Assembly (NCBI GenBank): GCA_046726415.1
Contig: JBKPAK010000070.1
Span: 1-60,653, forward strand
DNA length: 60,653 bases
Direction of reading: 5' to 3'
DNA from: Candidatus Methylomirabilota bacterium
GTDB lineage: Bacteria; Methylomirabilota; Methylomirabilia; Rokubacteriales; CSP1-6
Shown here: positions 1 to 8,974 of the stretch, in pieces
Numbering within the stretch: position 1 is the stretch's first letter
How the letters are laid out: each line of letters starts with the position of its first letter
Position numbers and translations under genes: made by a program
The notes under the pieces: model-generated
Database searches by the model: none
Told to the model about the DNA's origin: nothing
The model's input: the letters and a program-made list of their open reading frames with translations, nothing else

Positions 1-2
1 GC

Positions 3-665
3 GCCCCGGCGCCGACCGTCGAGCCCGGCCGGACTGCCGTTGCCGGCACGGCCACGAGCGGCACGGCGGCCCCCGTCCCGGCCGCTGATGGAACCACGCA
101 CATCGCAGCGCTCGATCGCGACGGCAACATGATCTGTCTGACGCCCAGCGGTGGTGTCTTCAGGAAGTCGGCCTTCGCGCCCGAGCTGGGCTGCACGCTC
201 AGCACGCGCAGCGAGATGTTCGTCCTGGAGGAGGGTCACCCCAATGCGCTGGCCCCGGGCAAGAGGCCGCGCACGACGCTCGTCAGTTATCTGATCTGCG
301 AGGACGGCGTGCCCACCGTGACCATCGGCTGCCCGGGCGGCGATGACCAGGCCCAGGCCGATCTGCAGCTCATCCTCAACGTGCTGGTCTTCGGGATGAA
401 TCCGCAACAGGCCGTGGAGGCGCCGCGCTTTTCCACCCAGACCCTCGTCAACTCGTTCTACCCACGTGTCTACCGGCCGGGCCAGCTCAATGTCGAGCCC
501 GGCATTCCGGAAAGCACTCGCGCCCAGCTCAGGGCTCTCGGCCACACGGTCACCGAGGTTGGCGCCTGTGGCGTGGGCGCGGTGGTCACCCGCCGCGATC
601 CAGAGACCGGCGTCCTCTCGGCCGGAGCCGACCCGCGTCGGCCGACCTACGCGCTGGCCTGGTAG
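3..665 (+). CDS. gamma-glutamyltransferase family protein, C-terminal part (5' end outside window)
   Basis: Frame is open from the window edge. It contains DGTTHIAALDRDGN (Ntn-hydrolase catalytic Thr), LAPGKRPRTT, GCPGG and the terminal GADPRR. Confidence 0.9.
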   Translation, partial: APAPTVEPGRTAVAGTATSGTAAPVPAADGTTHIAALDRDGNMICLTPSGGVFRKSAFAPELGCTLSTRSEMFVLEEGHPNALAPGKRPRTTLVSYLICEDGVPTVTIGCPGGDDQAQADLQLILNVLVFGMNPQQAVEAPRFSTQTLVNSFYPRVYRPGQLNVEPGIPESTRAQLRALGHTVTEVGACGVGAVVTRRDPETGVLSAGADPRRPTYALAW

Positions 666-677
666 GAGAGGGTGCCG

Positions 678-1733
678 ATGGCGATCTCAACTCACGCGCG
701 ATTCCCTCGGGGAGCAGTTGCCGCGATTCCCATGATCGATTTCGGTCTCTGCATCGCCGGCGCCCCAGATGCGCTGGAGGTCACCGCTGCCCAGCTCCGC
801 GCCGCGCTCGAGGACGTCGGGTTTTTCGTCATGGTCAACCACGGCGTGGCGCAAGGCCTCATCGATCGCGCGTTCCACGAAGCCCGCCGGTTCCACGATC
901 AGCCGCTCGACCGAAAAATGGCCCTGCGCATGAACGAGCACAACAACGGCTACATGAGCATGGGCCGGTACGCCGTGTGGACGTCGGAGGTCAGTGCCAA
1001 CGACCGGCCCGACCTCAACGAGGCGTTCTTCTGCAAGCGCGAGCGCGCCGCCGACCATCCGCTCCTGAGGTCGGGGCGGCGCTTCGTCGGCCCCAACCGC
1101 TGGCCCGACGATCTGCCCGGATTCCGGGAAAGCGTTCTGGCCTACACGGACGCCATGGATGCCCTGAGCCGTCGCGTGCTCCCGGTGTGCGCGGTGGCCC
1201 TCGACCTCGCGCCCAACGCGTTCGACGCCGCGTTCGCGGAGAGCCAGTTCTCGTTTCGCCTCTCGCACTACCCCCCCGTGCCGGCCGGGGCGAACCAGTT
1301 TGGGATTGCCCCGCATACCGACGCCAACTTCCTCACGTTCCTCGCCCAGACCGACGTACCCGGCTTGCAGATCAGGATGCCGGACGGCCAGTGGCTCGAC
1401 GTGCCGTACGTGCCCGGATCGTACGCCGTGAACTCCGGCGACATGATGTGTCGCTGGACGAACGGCCGCTTCACGTCGACGCCCCATCGGGCCTTGCCGC
1501 CGGTGGGCCGGCATCGCTACGCGATTCCGTTTTTCCTCGGCCCGCACATCGACACGATCATCGAGTGCCTGCCGACCTGCCAGGGGCCGGAAAATCCGCC
1601 GCGCTTTCCCCCGATGACCTACGAGGCATATCTGACGTGGTGGTACGACGCCAACTACAACGCCTCGGCCCAGAGGGACAGCGCCGACGACGACGCTCCG
1701 ATCCAGGCGGACGGCGCGCCGCCGATTCGATAG
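678..1733 (+). CDS. isopenicillin N synthase-like 2OG-Fe(II) oxygenase
   Basis: IPMIDF...GFFVMVNHGV N-terminus, PNRWP, HTD...H iron ligands, RYAIPFF; AGGAGAG RBS upstream. Confidence 0.9.
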   Translation: MAISTHARFPRGAVAAIPMIDFGLCIAGAPDALEVTAAQLRAALEDVGFFVMVNHGVAQGLIDRAFHEARRFHDQPLDRKMALRMNEHNNGYMSMGRYAVWTSEVSANDRPDLNEAFFCKRERAADHPLLRSGRRFVGPNRWPDDLPGFRESVLAYTDAMDALSRRVLPVCAVALDLAPNAFDAAFAESQFSFRLSHYPPVPAGANQFGIAPHTDANFLTFLAQTDVPGLQIRMPDGQWLDVPYVPGSYAVNSGDMMCRWTNGRFTSTPHRALPPVGRHRYAIPFFLGPHIDTIIECLPTCQGPENPPRFPPMTYEAYLTWWYDANYNASAQRDSADDDAPIQADGAPPIR

Positions 1734-1745
1734 GGGAGGAACGCC

Positions 1746-2570
1746 ATGACGACCAGCCAGAACGACAAGGCCACTCGCTTCCGCGCTCTGCACCAGGGGC
1801 CTGGCGCCTTTGTGATTCCGAATCCATGGGATGCCGGCTCGGCGCGCATCCTCGCCGGGCTCGGCTTTCAGGCGCTGGCCACTTCGAGCGGCGCCTCCGC
1901 CGGCGTTCTGGGCAAGCGCGACGGCAAGGTGACGCGCGAGGAGGCGATGGCGCATGCCCGCGCCATCGTGGCGGCGACGGAGCTACCCGTCTCGGCCGAT
2001 CTGGAGAAGGGATTCGGGGATGCGCCGGAAGCGGCGGCGGAAACCATCCGCCTCGCCGCTCAGGCAGGGCTGGTCGGCGGGTCGATCGAGGACGCGACTG
2101 GCGCCCAGGACAAGCCGCTCTACGACATCGCTCACGCCACCGAGCGCGTGGCGGCGGCCGTGCAGGCCGCGCGCGCGTTGCCCTTCCCGTTCACCGTGAC
2201 CGCGCGGGCCGAAAACTTCCTGCGCGGCAACCCGAACCTGGACGACACCATCAAGCGCCTGCAGGCCTTCGAACGGGCGGGCGCCGACGTCCTGTTCGCG
2301 CCCGCGTTGCCCGACCTCGCCGCGGTGCGCGCCGTATGTGCCGCGGTGTCCAAGCCATTCAACTTCATGGTCGGCATCAAGGGCAAGTCGTTCACGGTCG
2401 CCGAACTGGCGGCGGCCGGTGTCAAACGGATCAGCCTCGCCACCTCACTCTATCGTGCGGCGATGAGTGGCCTGCTCGACGCTGCCCGGGAAGTAAAGGA
2501 TAAGGGCACGTTCGGCTATCTCGATCGCTCCATCAGCACGCCCGAACTGAATGGCTTCATGCAAAGCTGA
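1746..2570 (+). CDS. isocitrate lyase / PEP mutase family protein
   Basis: PNPWDAGSAR, ATSSG, PVSADLEKGFG, SIED, ARAE motifs; GGAGG RBS. Confidence 0.9.
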   Translation: MTTSQNDKATRFRALHQGPGAFVIPNPWDAGSARILAGLGFQALATSSGASAGVLGKRDGKVTREEAMAHARAIVAATELPVSADLEKGFGDAPEAAAETIRLAAQAGLVGGSIEDATGAQDKPLYDIAHATERVAAAVQAARALPFPFTVTARAENFLRGNPNLDDTIKRLQAFERAGADVLFAPALPDLAAVRAVCAAVSKPFNFMVGIKGKSFTVAELAAAGVKRISLATSLYRAAMSGLLDAAREVKDKGTFGYLDRSISTPELNGFMQS

Positions 2571-2990
2571 GCCGCCCGCCACGCGAAGTCACGCGGCAGA
2601 TGGAGCGACTCGCCGCGGGGGTTCGCCGCCTTCCGGGCCCCACCTCGGTCGTCGGAACCTCCTCGACGCGAATCCCGGTGTGGGTGAGTCTCGTGGTCGT
2701 CGCCCGGTGGTTGTCCGGATTGAAATCGCTGACGAGCCCGACCAGACGCGTCAGCGCGCTCTCCTCGAAAAAGACGGCCATCGCGCGCTCCCCGTGCGCA
2801 CACGATCGTTGGGCTCTTCGGTCGAGCCAGGCGTTGGTGAGCCGCCCGCCGGCGTCGCAGCCGAGGTGCGGGCGGTGGTCCTGGACGACTCCATCCCGCA
2901 CGAAGATCGTCACGGGCACGGAGACCTCGGTGATGTACTGCTAAACGGCCACCTGGCGCGGGAAGGGCGTGGTCGCGCGATGGTACATGC
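2570..2990 (-). pseudogene. degraded gene remnant, possibly the C-terminus of an amidinotransferase/arginine-deiminase-like protein
   Basis: Broken frames read ...TRLTHTGIRVEEVPTTEV / KAANPRGESLHLPRD, loosely resembling the GIEVIEVP..EL.K.GG.PRC..L.RD tail. There is an in-frame TAG near 2942. Confidence 0.25.
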
Positions 2991-3130
2991 CGTCGCAATC
3001 CCGGGTGACCTGGGCGGCCGGGTCAGCTTCCGCCTGATGACATCGCAGTCGGGAAGGGGCATTCTACTGGTCGATCGGCGCCGGCGCCTCGACGAGCTCC
3101 GCGATGCTGGCGCAAAGGAGGGAGCGAGCG

Positions 3131-3799
3131 ATGACCAAGAAAAAGGGCACGGCACTGTTGATGGTGTGGGCCGACGTTCCCGCGGACAAGGAAGAGGACT
3201 TCAATCGCTGGTACAACCAGGAGCACCTGGCCGAGCGACTCGCCGTCCCCGGCTTCCTGAGCGCCGCCCGCTACGAAGCCGTGAAGGGCGGACCGAAGCA
3301 TCTGGCCTACTACGAGCTGGAGAACGCCGCGGTGCTCGAGAGCGAGGCGTACAAGCGCGTCCAGAAAAATCCCACGCCCTGGACCAAGCGCTGCTCGCCC
3401 GAGGTGATCGGCACGGCGTTCATCCGCAACGTGTACACCATGATCCATCCGTCGACGGTGACCCCGAAGCTTGCCGAGAGCGATATGGCCCCGGCCCTCC
3501 AGATCGGTCGCATGGACGTGCCCTCGAACATCGATGCGGAGTTCAACACCTGGTACAACACCATCTATGTCCCTAACTACGAAAAAGTGCCCGGCGTCAT
3601 TCGGGGCCGCCGGTATCGCGCGGTGACCGGGACGCCCACGTATCTCACCCTGTACGAGTTCGAGCAGCCCGCCGTGTCCGAGAGCGCTGCCTGGGCCGCC
3701 CAGCGCGATGCCGTGCCGGCGTCGGCGCAGATGCGCACACACATGCGTCACGCCCCGGGCTCGCCCGGCGTCTACGTCAAGACGTTTCCGGTCGGGTGA
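3131..3799 (+). CDS. two-domain dimeric alpha/beta-barrel protein (EthD/DUF4286-like tandem repeat)
   Basis: Two similar halves: FNRWYNQEHL..LAVPGFLSAARY...YYELE and FNTWYNTIYV..EKVPGVIRGRRY...LYEFE. Confidence 0.8.
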   Translation: MTKKKGTALLMVWADVPADKEEDFNRWYNQEHLAERLAVPGFLSAARYEAVKGGPKHLAYYELENAAVLESEAYKRVQKNPTPWTKRCSPEVIGTAFIRNVYTMIHPSTVTPKLAESDMAPALQIGRMDVPSNIDAEFNTWYNTIYVPNYEKVPGVIRGRRYRAVTGTPTYLTLYEFEQPAVSESAAWAAQRDAVPASAQMRTHMRHAPGSPGVYVKTFPVG

Positions 3800-3862
3800 G
3801 ATGGGGGGCCTCGCTCGGGCCCCCCAAATCCCCCGCGCTCGTCACGCCCTGGGGGGTCGGGA
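3800..3862. repeat. GC-rich palindromic dispersed repeat (REP/MITE-like), copy 1
   Basis: TGGGGGGCCTCGCTCGGGCCCCCCAAATCCCCC hairpin right after a stop codon; related sequences near 10529, 11131, 19393 and 42230. Confidence 0.65.
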
Positions 3863-3868
3863 ACAGCC

Positions 3869-4870
3869 ATGAGTCAGCGAGCCCCTCGCTTCGGGCTGAG
3901 CCTGCCGAACCGGGGCATCCTCTTCGGCGCGACGAGCGTGGACGAACTGCTCGAGGTCGCCGAAGAGGCCGACGCATCCGGCGCCTTCGATTCGATCTGG
4001 GTCGGCGACAGTCTCTTCGCCAAGCCGCGCCTTGAATCGCTGGTGTTGCTGTCGGCGATCGCCGCGCGCACGCGGCGCGTGCGGCTCGGGACCTGCTGCC
4101 TGTCGACCTTCCCTCTGCGGGATCCGATCCTCCTCGCCGCCCAGTGGGCCGCGCTCGACCAAGTCTCGCGCGGTCGAATGGTCCTGGGCGCGTGCATCGG
4201 TGGAAGTGTGCCGCGCGAGAAGGCCGAGGCCGAGTTCGCGCCGTTCAAGGCGAAGCTGAGCGAGCGGGGGCCGCGGCTCGAGGAGGGCATGACCATCCTA
4301 CGGCGTCTCTGGACCGAGGATCACGTGACCCACCAGGGCCAGTTCTACCAGTTCCGCGACCTCACCCTCGAGCCCAAACCCGTCCAGAAGCCCTGCCCAC
4401 CGATCTGGATCGCGACCAATCCCAAGCCGGAGCTGACCCCGTCGCACGTGATGGACCGAGCGCTCCGGCGCGTCGGGCTCACGGCCGATGGCTGGATGAC
4501 CGACAACACACCGGTCGCCCGCTTCCAGGAGCGCTGGAACCTGATCCGCCGCGTGGCGCACGAGGCAGGGCGTGCGACGGCATCGATGGAGTCCGCGCTC
4601 CACCTCATGGTCAACATCAACGATGATCGGAGCGCTGCGTTCGAGGAGTCCGTGAGGTTCTTGCACATGTACTACAGCCCGGGGATGAGCCGCGAGTACA
4701 TCGAGGGCTGGCTCGCCTGTGGACCGCCGGCCGCGGTGGTCGCGAAGATTCGCGCCTACGTGGACGCCGGCTGCACGACACCGATCCTGAGGTTTGCTTC
4801 GTGGGACCAGAAGGGTCAACTGGTCCGCGCGCTGGCCGAGGTCATGCCGGCCGCCTTCGCACCGAGCTGA
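3869..4870 (+). CDS. LLM-class flavin-dependent oxidoreductase
   Basis: FDSIWVGDS, LLSAIAARTRRVRLGT, PKPVQKPCPPIWI, ADGW. Confidence 0.9.
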   Translation: MSQRAPRFGLSLPNRGILFGATSVDELLEVAEEADASGAFDSIWVGDSLFAKPRLESLVLLSAIAARTRRVRLGTCCLSTFPLRDPILLAAQWAALDQVSRGRMVLGACIGGSVPREKAEAEFAPFKAKLSERGPRLEEGMTILRRLWTEDHVTHQGQFYQFRDLTLEPKPVQKPCPPIWIATNPKPELTPSHVMDRALRRVGLTADGWMTDNTPVARFQERWNLIRRVAHEAGRATASMESALHLMVNINDDRSAAFEESVRFLHMYYSPGMSREYIEGWLACGPPAAVVAKIRAYVDAGCTTPILRFASWDQKGQLVRALAEVMPAAFAPS

Positions 4871-4893
4871 ACCGGGAAGCACACACGGGACCT

Positions 4894-5143
4894 GTGCGAG
4901 ACCGACGAGATCGCGTTACCCGGCGCCAGCTTCTGAGCGGAATGGCCGCCTCTGGAGCCAGCGTGCTCCTCTCGCGAGTCGAATCGGAGGGCCAGATGCC
5001 GTCAGCCCAGCCGCATCGGATCGACGTCCACCACCATCACCCCCCGGCCGTACGTCGCGGCCATCACGGCGTGGAACGTCCCGGGGCCGATGCGAGACTG
5101 GACGCCCGCCAAATCCCTCGACGACATGGACAAGGCCGACCGA
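4894..5143 (+). pseudogene. truncated Tat-signal amidohydrolase_2 family gene (N-terminus only, frameshifted)
   Basis: TRRQLL Tat motif and RIDVHHH metal motif, a frameshift near 5045, then WTPAKSLDDMDKA. It stops at the 3' end of the convergent gene. Confidence 0.7.
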
Positions 5144-5434
5144 CTACCGAGTCCTGCTGTACTCGTAGTCCTCGCGCTCGCCGCTCCCCACGCGCAGGTC
5201 TGGCCGGAGCGGAGGACGCGTGCGATTCAACTGAGCGTGCGCGTCCAGTGCGGCCTGGTCGGCCCAGCGTTCTAGCAAGGTCAGTCTGTCGGGGTTCACG
5301 ACACTCTGGAACAGCTCGAACTGTTCGCAGCCGGGCTCGTTCATCACCTCGGCGCAGCGCGTTCGATACGCCTGCGCGAGCTCGGAGCCCTTCCCCGATG
5401 CGGCCGTGATGGTTACCACGAGTCGGATGGCCAT
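5144..5434 (-). CDS. antibiotic biosynthesis monooxygenase (ABM) family protein
   Basis: EPGCEQFELFQS...LLERWADQAALDAH; GAGG RBS upstream of ATG 5434. Confidence 0.85.
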   Translation of the reverse strand: MAIRLVVTITAASGKGSELAQAYRTRCAEVMNEPGCEQFELFQSVVNPDRLTLLERWADQAALDAHAQLNRTRPPLRPDLRVGSGEREDYEYSRTR

Positions 5435-5570
5435 GTCGTCCTCACTATGCGATGGTCCCCTCGAGAAGTCGCGATCTTTCCCCCGCGTCATCCAGCTTCA
5501 TGGTGTTGGTGAACGCGCTCGATCGGCGAACCCGAGCCGTGACCCGGAGCCGATCATGACCGGTCTCCGC

Positions 5571-6326
5571 TCAATGCATGCCTCCCGGCATGCCACCGTC
5601 GATGACGAGCACCTGTCCCGTGATCGACTCGGCTCGGCAGAATGTGAGCACCTGCTCAGCAATGTCCTGCGCGCTCGCGGTCCGACCCAGCACCGCCTGA
5701 TTCCGCGCCCACTGGGAAATCTCCTCGGGAAGCCGGAGCGCCATCCGGGTGCCTTCCACCAGACCGGGGGCGATGCAGTTGACCGTAACGTCGGGAGCGA
5801 GGGCGACGGCCAGGCAGCGGCTGAGGTGGATCAACCCCGCCTTGCTCGCCGCATAGGCGATGCTGCTCGCCCCCGGGTACAGTCCCCCCACCGAAGCGAT
5901 GTTGACGATCCGGCCGGCCCCCTGCGCCCGCAGGTGTGGGGCACATGCTCTGGCGAGCAAGTACGGACCGCGCAGATTGGTTTCCAGGACGCGGTCCCAA
6001 ATATCGGCGGTCAGTGCGTCGAGCGCGGTGAACGGAATGCCGATGTTCCAGGCCGCATTGTTGACCAGGATGTCCAACCGCCCGAACTCTTTGACCACCA
6101 TGGCCACTGAGGTGTCGACGGCCACCGGATCGCGTTGGTCGAGCTGCACGGCCAGGCTTCGCCTCCCCCCTGCTTGCACCGCGTCGGCCGTGGCGGCGGC
6201 CCCGTCCCGGTGGCCGACGTAGGAGATGGCGACATCCGCACCGGCCGCGGCCAAGCCTTTGGCAATCGCCCCGCCGATGTCCCCAGAGCCCCCGGTGACC
6301 AACGCGGTTTTCCCCTCGAGATCCAT
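5571..6326 (-). CDS. short-chain dehydrogenase/reductase
   Basis: TGGSGDIG, LVNNA, YAASK, VNCIAPG. Confidence 0.95.
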   Translation of the reverse strand: MDLEGKTALVTGGSGDIGGAIAKGLAAAGADVAISYVGHRDGAAATADAVQAGGRRSLAVQLDQRDPVAVDTSVAMVVKEFGRLDILVNNAAWNIGIPFTALDALTADIWDRVLETNLRGPYLLARACAPHLRAQGAGRIVNIASVGGLYPGASSIAYAASKAGLIHLSRCLAVALAPDVTVNCIAPGLVEGTRMALRLPEEISQWARNQAVLGRTASAQDIAEQVLTFCRAESITGQVLVIDGGMPGGMH

Positions 6327-6479
6327 GGGCGGAGACTAACGCCTCCGCGCGGGGTCTTCGGAATGCAGGACGGACGTCCATGGCAAGCTCAGAGGCGGCC
6401 CGGCCTTCTCCAGCACTCTCCGAGCGGCGGCCCTGGCGCCGCGGTGCTTCATCGCTGAGACCTGTCGGGACGGCCGCCG

Positions 6480-7343
6480 CTACTTCTTCGCGGCCCGGGC
6501 AATCGCCGCGATCTTGTCGGCGAAGTTGACCTGGCTGTCGTCCTCGGGCGCATAGCCGATCTTCTGGCGCGCGTTGGCAATGCTCCAGAAGCGGTGCGTG
6601 TTGCCGCTGATCCCGTAGACGATGAGGAAGGGCACCCCATGCTCGTCGGCGATGTTCTCGGCCTCCACCATCCGGATCGCCTGCTGCACCTGGTCGCGAC
6701 GGGAGAGATAGGCGCCCAGGGCGCGATGCATGACCTTGATGTCCCCCGGCTTCACGTGATCGATGTCGTCGTCGCGCGGCCCGCCGATGCGCCACTGGAC
6801 GATCTCCACCTTGCGGCCATCCACCTGGCCGGTGGCGAACACGAAACCGACCAACTCGTAGGCGGCCTTGGCCCAGCCATACCAGTTGTCCGAGCGGTGA
6901 GGCATTTCTGGCGTGACCATCTCGAGCTTGCCCGCCCAGATCAGCCGCTCGTAGTAGTCGGCGGCGTGGTTGGAGCTCACCATCACCACGCGCCGCACCC
7001 CTTCCTCCAGGGCGGTCCGGTACACGTTGTAGGCGAGGGCCACGTTCGCGTGCTCTGCCCAGAATTTGGCATCGCTGTTGTCTTGCCACGTGGTGGCATC
7101 GAGGCCGGGCGCCCGCACATAGCCGCAGTGGATCACCGCATCGGCGCCGCGGAAATGCTGCCGGTACTCGTTCCGATCGGGCCGCGCCAGATCCGCGGTC
7201 ACGATGCCCGGAACGGCCTGGCCAGCCTGGGTCGTCGCGCGTACGTCGATCGGTACGAGATCCCACCGCGCGCTCAGCTCCGTGAACATCCGCTGGGCCA
7301 CGTATCCAGCCGCCCCCGTCAGCACTACCCGTCGCTTGGCCAT
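6480..7343 (-). CDS. NAD-dependent epimerase/dehydratase (uronate dehydrogenase-like)
   Basis: TGAAGYVA, VVMVSSNHA, YGWAK, GYAPED. Confidence 0.85.
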   Translation of the reverse strand: MAKRRVVLTGAAGYVAQRMFTELSARWDLVPIDVRATTQAGQAVPGIVTADLARPDRNEYRQHFRGADAVIHCGYVRAPGLDATTWQDNSDAKFWAEHANVALAYNVYRTALEEGVRRVVMVSSNHAADYYERLIWAGKLEMVTPEMPHRSDNWYGWAKAAYELVGFVFATGQVDGRKVEIVQWRIGGPRDDDIDHVKPGDIKVMHRALGAYLSRRDQVQQAIRMVEAENIADEHGVPFLIVYGISGNTHRFWSIANARQKIGYAPEDDSQVNFADKIAAIARAAKK

Positions 7344-7777
7344 GTCGTAGCTCCTATCGGTGAACGGTGCAGATGACTCGTTCGCTCATGCTCTGACCTC
7401 GGTGTGAGGCCGGCTGCGCCGGCCCGCCCTCCACGTCGGGCGCAACGGGAACTGGGTGTTTGGGGGTCCACCCCTTGACGGCGCTTGACCAAGACTGCCC
7501 TCGGGCGCAAGTTTCTTTGACTATCCGGGGTTCCGCTCGGCCGCGCAAGCCCTCGGGGATCAGCGGGACTTGCCTTGGACGGCGCCGTGACCCGATGTGG
7601 CCAAAAGGCACGCTCCATCCCTGGGACTCCTGCGATTGAGTCGGGGAGGGGCGAAGGTGCGCGTCGCCTTGCAGGTCGGCAGCCATGGTTTCGCATCCCT
7701 CTCGTCAGCGGTGATGCGCGCCACGTGACATATGGTGATCGCGCCCACTACACTCTGGAACGGGGAAAATCGGTCCG

Positions 7778-8872
7778 ATGAAGATCACCGGCGTCGAAAG
7801 CGTTGTCCTCAACCTCCCGATGGTGATCGAAGGAGCCACGCCGATGCTCGGCGGCCGTGCCCGCACCAGCATCGACATGCTGCTCGTCCGCGTCGATACC
7901 GACGCCGGGATCACCGGCTGGGGCGAGGCGTTTGGCCACCGCATCTTCCCCGCCACGCGGGCGGCCATCGACACCTTGCTCGGGCCCATGTGCGTCGGCC
8001 GCGACCCGAGCCAGATCCTCGCGCTCAACGACGACCTCCAGCGCGTGCTGCACGGCGTGGGTCGAAACGGGCCCACGATCTACGCCCTGTCGGGCATCGA
8101 TATCGCCCTGTGGGACATCGCGGGCAAGGCCGCGGGACTCCCGCTATACCGCGTGCTGGGGGGCAGCCCTCGGGCGGACCTGCCCGCCTATGCCAGCCTC
8201 CTGCGCTACGGCACCGATGACGCCGTTGCCCACTACACCGCGCAGGCCCTGGCGCGCGGCTATCGCCATATCAAGCTCCACGAGATCACGGTGCCCGAGG
8301 TGAAGGCGGCGCGGGAGGTGGCGGGCGCCGGCGTGCCGATCATGGTCGACACCAACTGCCCGTGGACGGTCCCCCAGGCACTCGACATGGCGCGTCAGCT
8401 CTCCCCGTTCGATCTTCATTGGCTGGAGGAACCGGTGTGGCCGCCGGAGAATCTCACAGGGCTCGCCGAGGTCCGCGCCCGCGGCGGCATCGCCACCGCC
8501 GCGGGCGAGAACTACGGCACGATCTGGGAGTTTCGCCGCGCTTTCGAAGCCTCGGCCATCACCTATGCCCAGCCAAGCGTGACCAAGGTCGGGGGCGTGA
8601 CCGAGCTCCGCCGTATCATGGCCCTCGCCGAGGCCTTCGGCGTCCAGGTCGTTCCGCACTCAGCGTACTTCGGGCCCGGGCTGCTGGCGTCGATTCACTG
8701 CATCGCGGCGATGCCGACCGAGTCGCTGGTTGAGCGCTTTTACTGCGATTTCGCCGAGAACCCCCTGGGGGAGGCCATCCACCCGAACGGTGGCCGCATC
8801 GCGGTACCCCAGCGCCCGGGCCTCGGCGTAGATCCCGACCCACGGCTTCTCGAGAAGCTGCGAACGGGCTGA
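7778..8872 (+). CDS. mandelate racemase/muconate lactonizing enzyme family protein
   Basis: GITGWGE, IDIALWD, MVDTN, WLEEP, AAGEN, PH, PGLGV. Confidence 0.95.
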   Translation: MKITGVESVVLNLPMVIEGATPMLGGRARTSIDMLLVRVDTDAGITGWGEAFGHRIFPATRAAIDTLLGPMCVGRDPSQILALNDDLQRVLHGVGRNGPTIYALSGIDIALWDIAGKAAGLPLYRVLGGSPRADLPAYASLLRYGTDDAVAHYTAQALARGYRHIKLHEITVPEVKAAREVAGAGVPIMVDTNCPWTVPQALDMARQLSPFDLHWLEEPVWPPENLTGLAEVRARGGIATAAGENYGTIWEFRRAFEASAITYAQPSVTKVGGVTELRRIMALAEAFGVQVVPHSAYFGPGLLASIHCIAAMPTESLVERFYCDFAENPLGEAIHPNGGRIAVPQRPGLGVDPDPRLLEKLRTG

Positions 8873-8974
8873 GCGCCCATTCTCGTGACCTAACCGCCGC
8901 GGCGCGCGAGGCTTCATCGCGCGGCTTGATCGCGTCGCCGGGCCGCTCGAGCCTTCAGGCCACGCACTGACACC

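Noticed and set aside
7380-7770. ncRNA, riboswitch or CDS in the long divergent intergenic region
   Set aside because: No recognisable Rfam-type motif and no convincing ORF; an Infernal scan would be needed.
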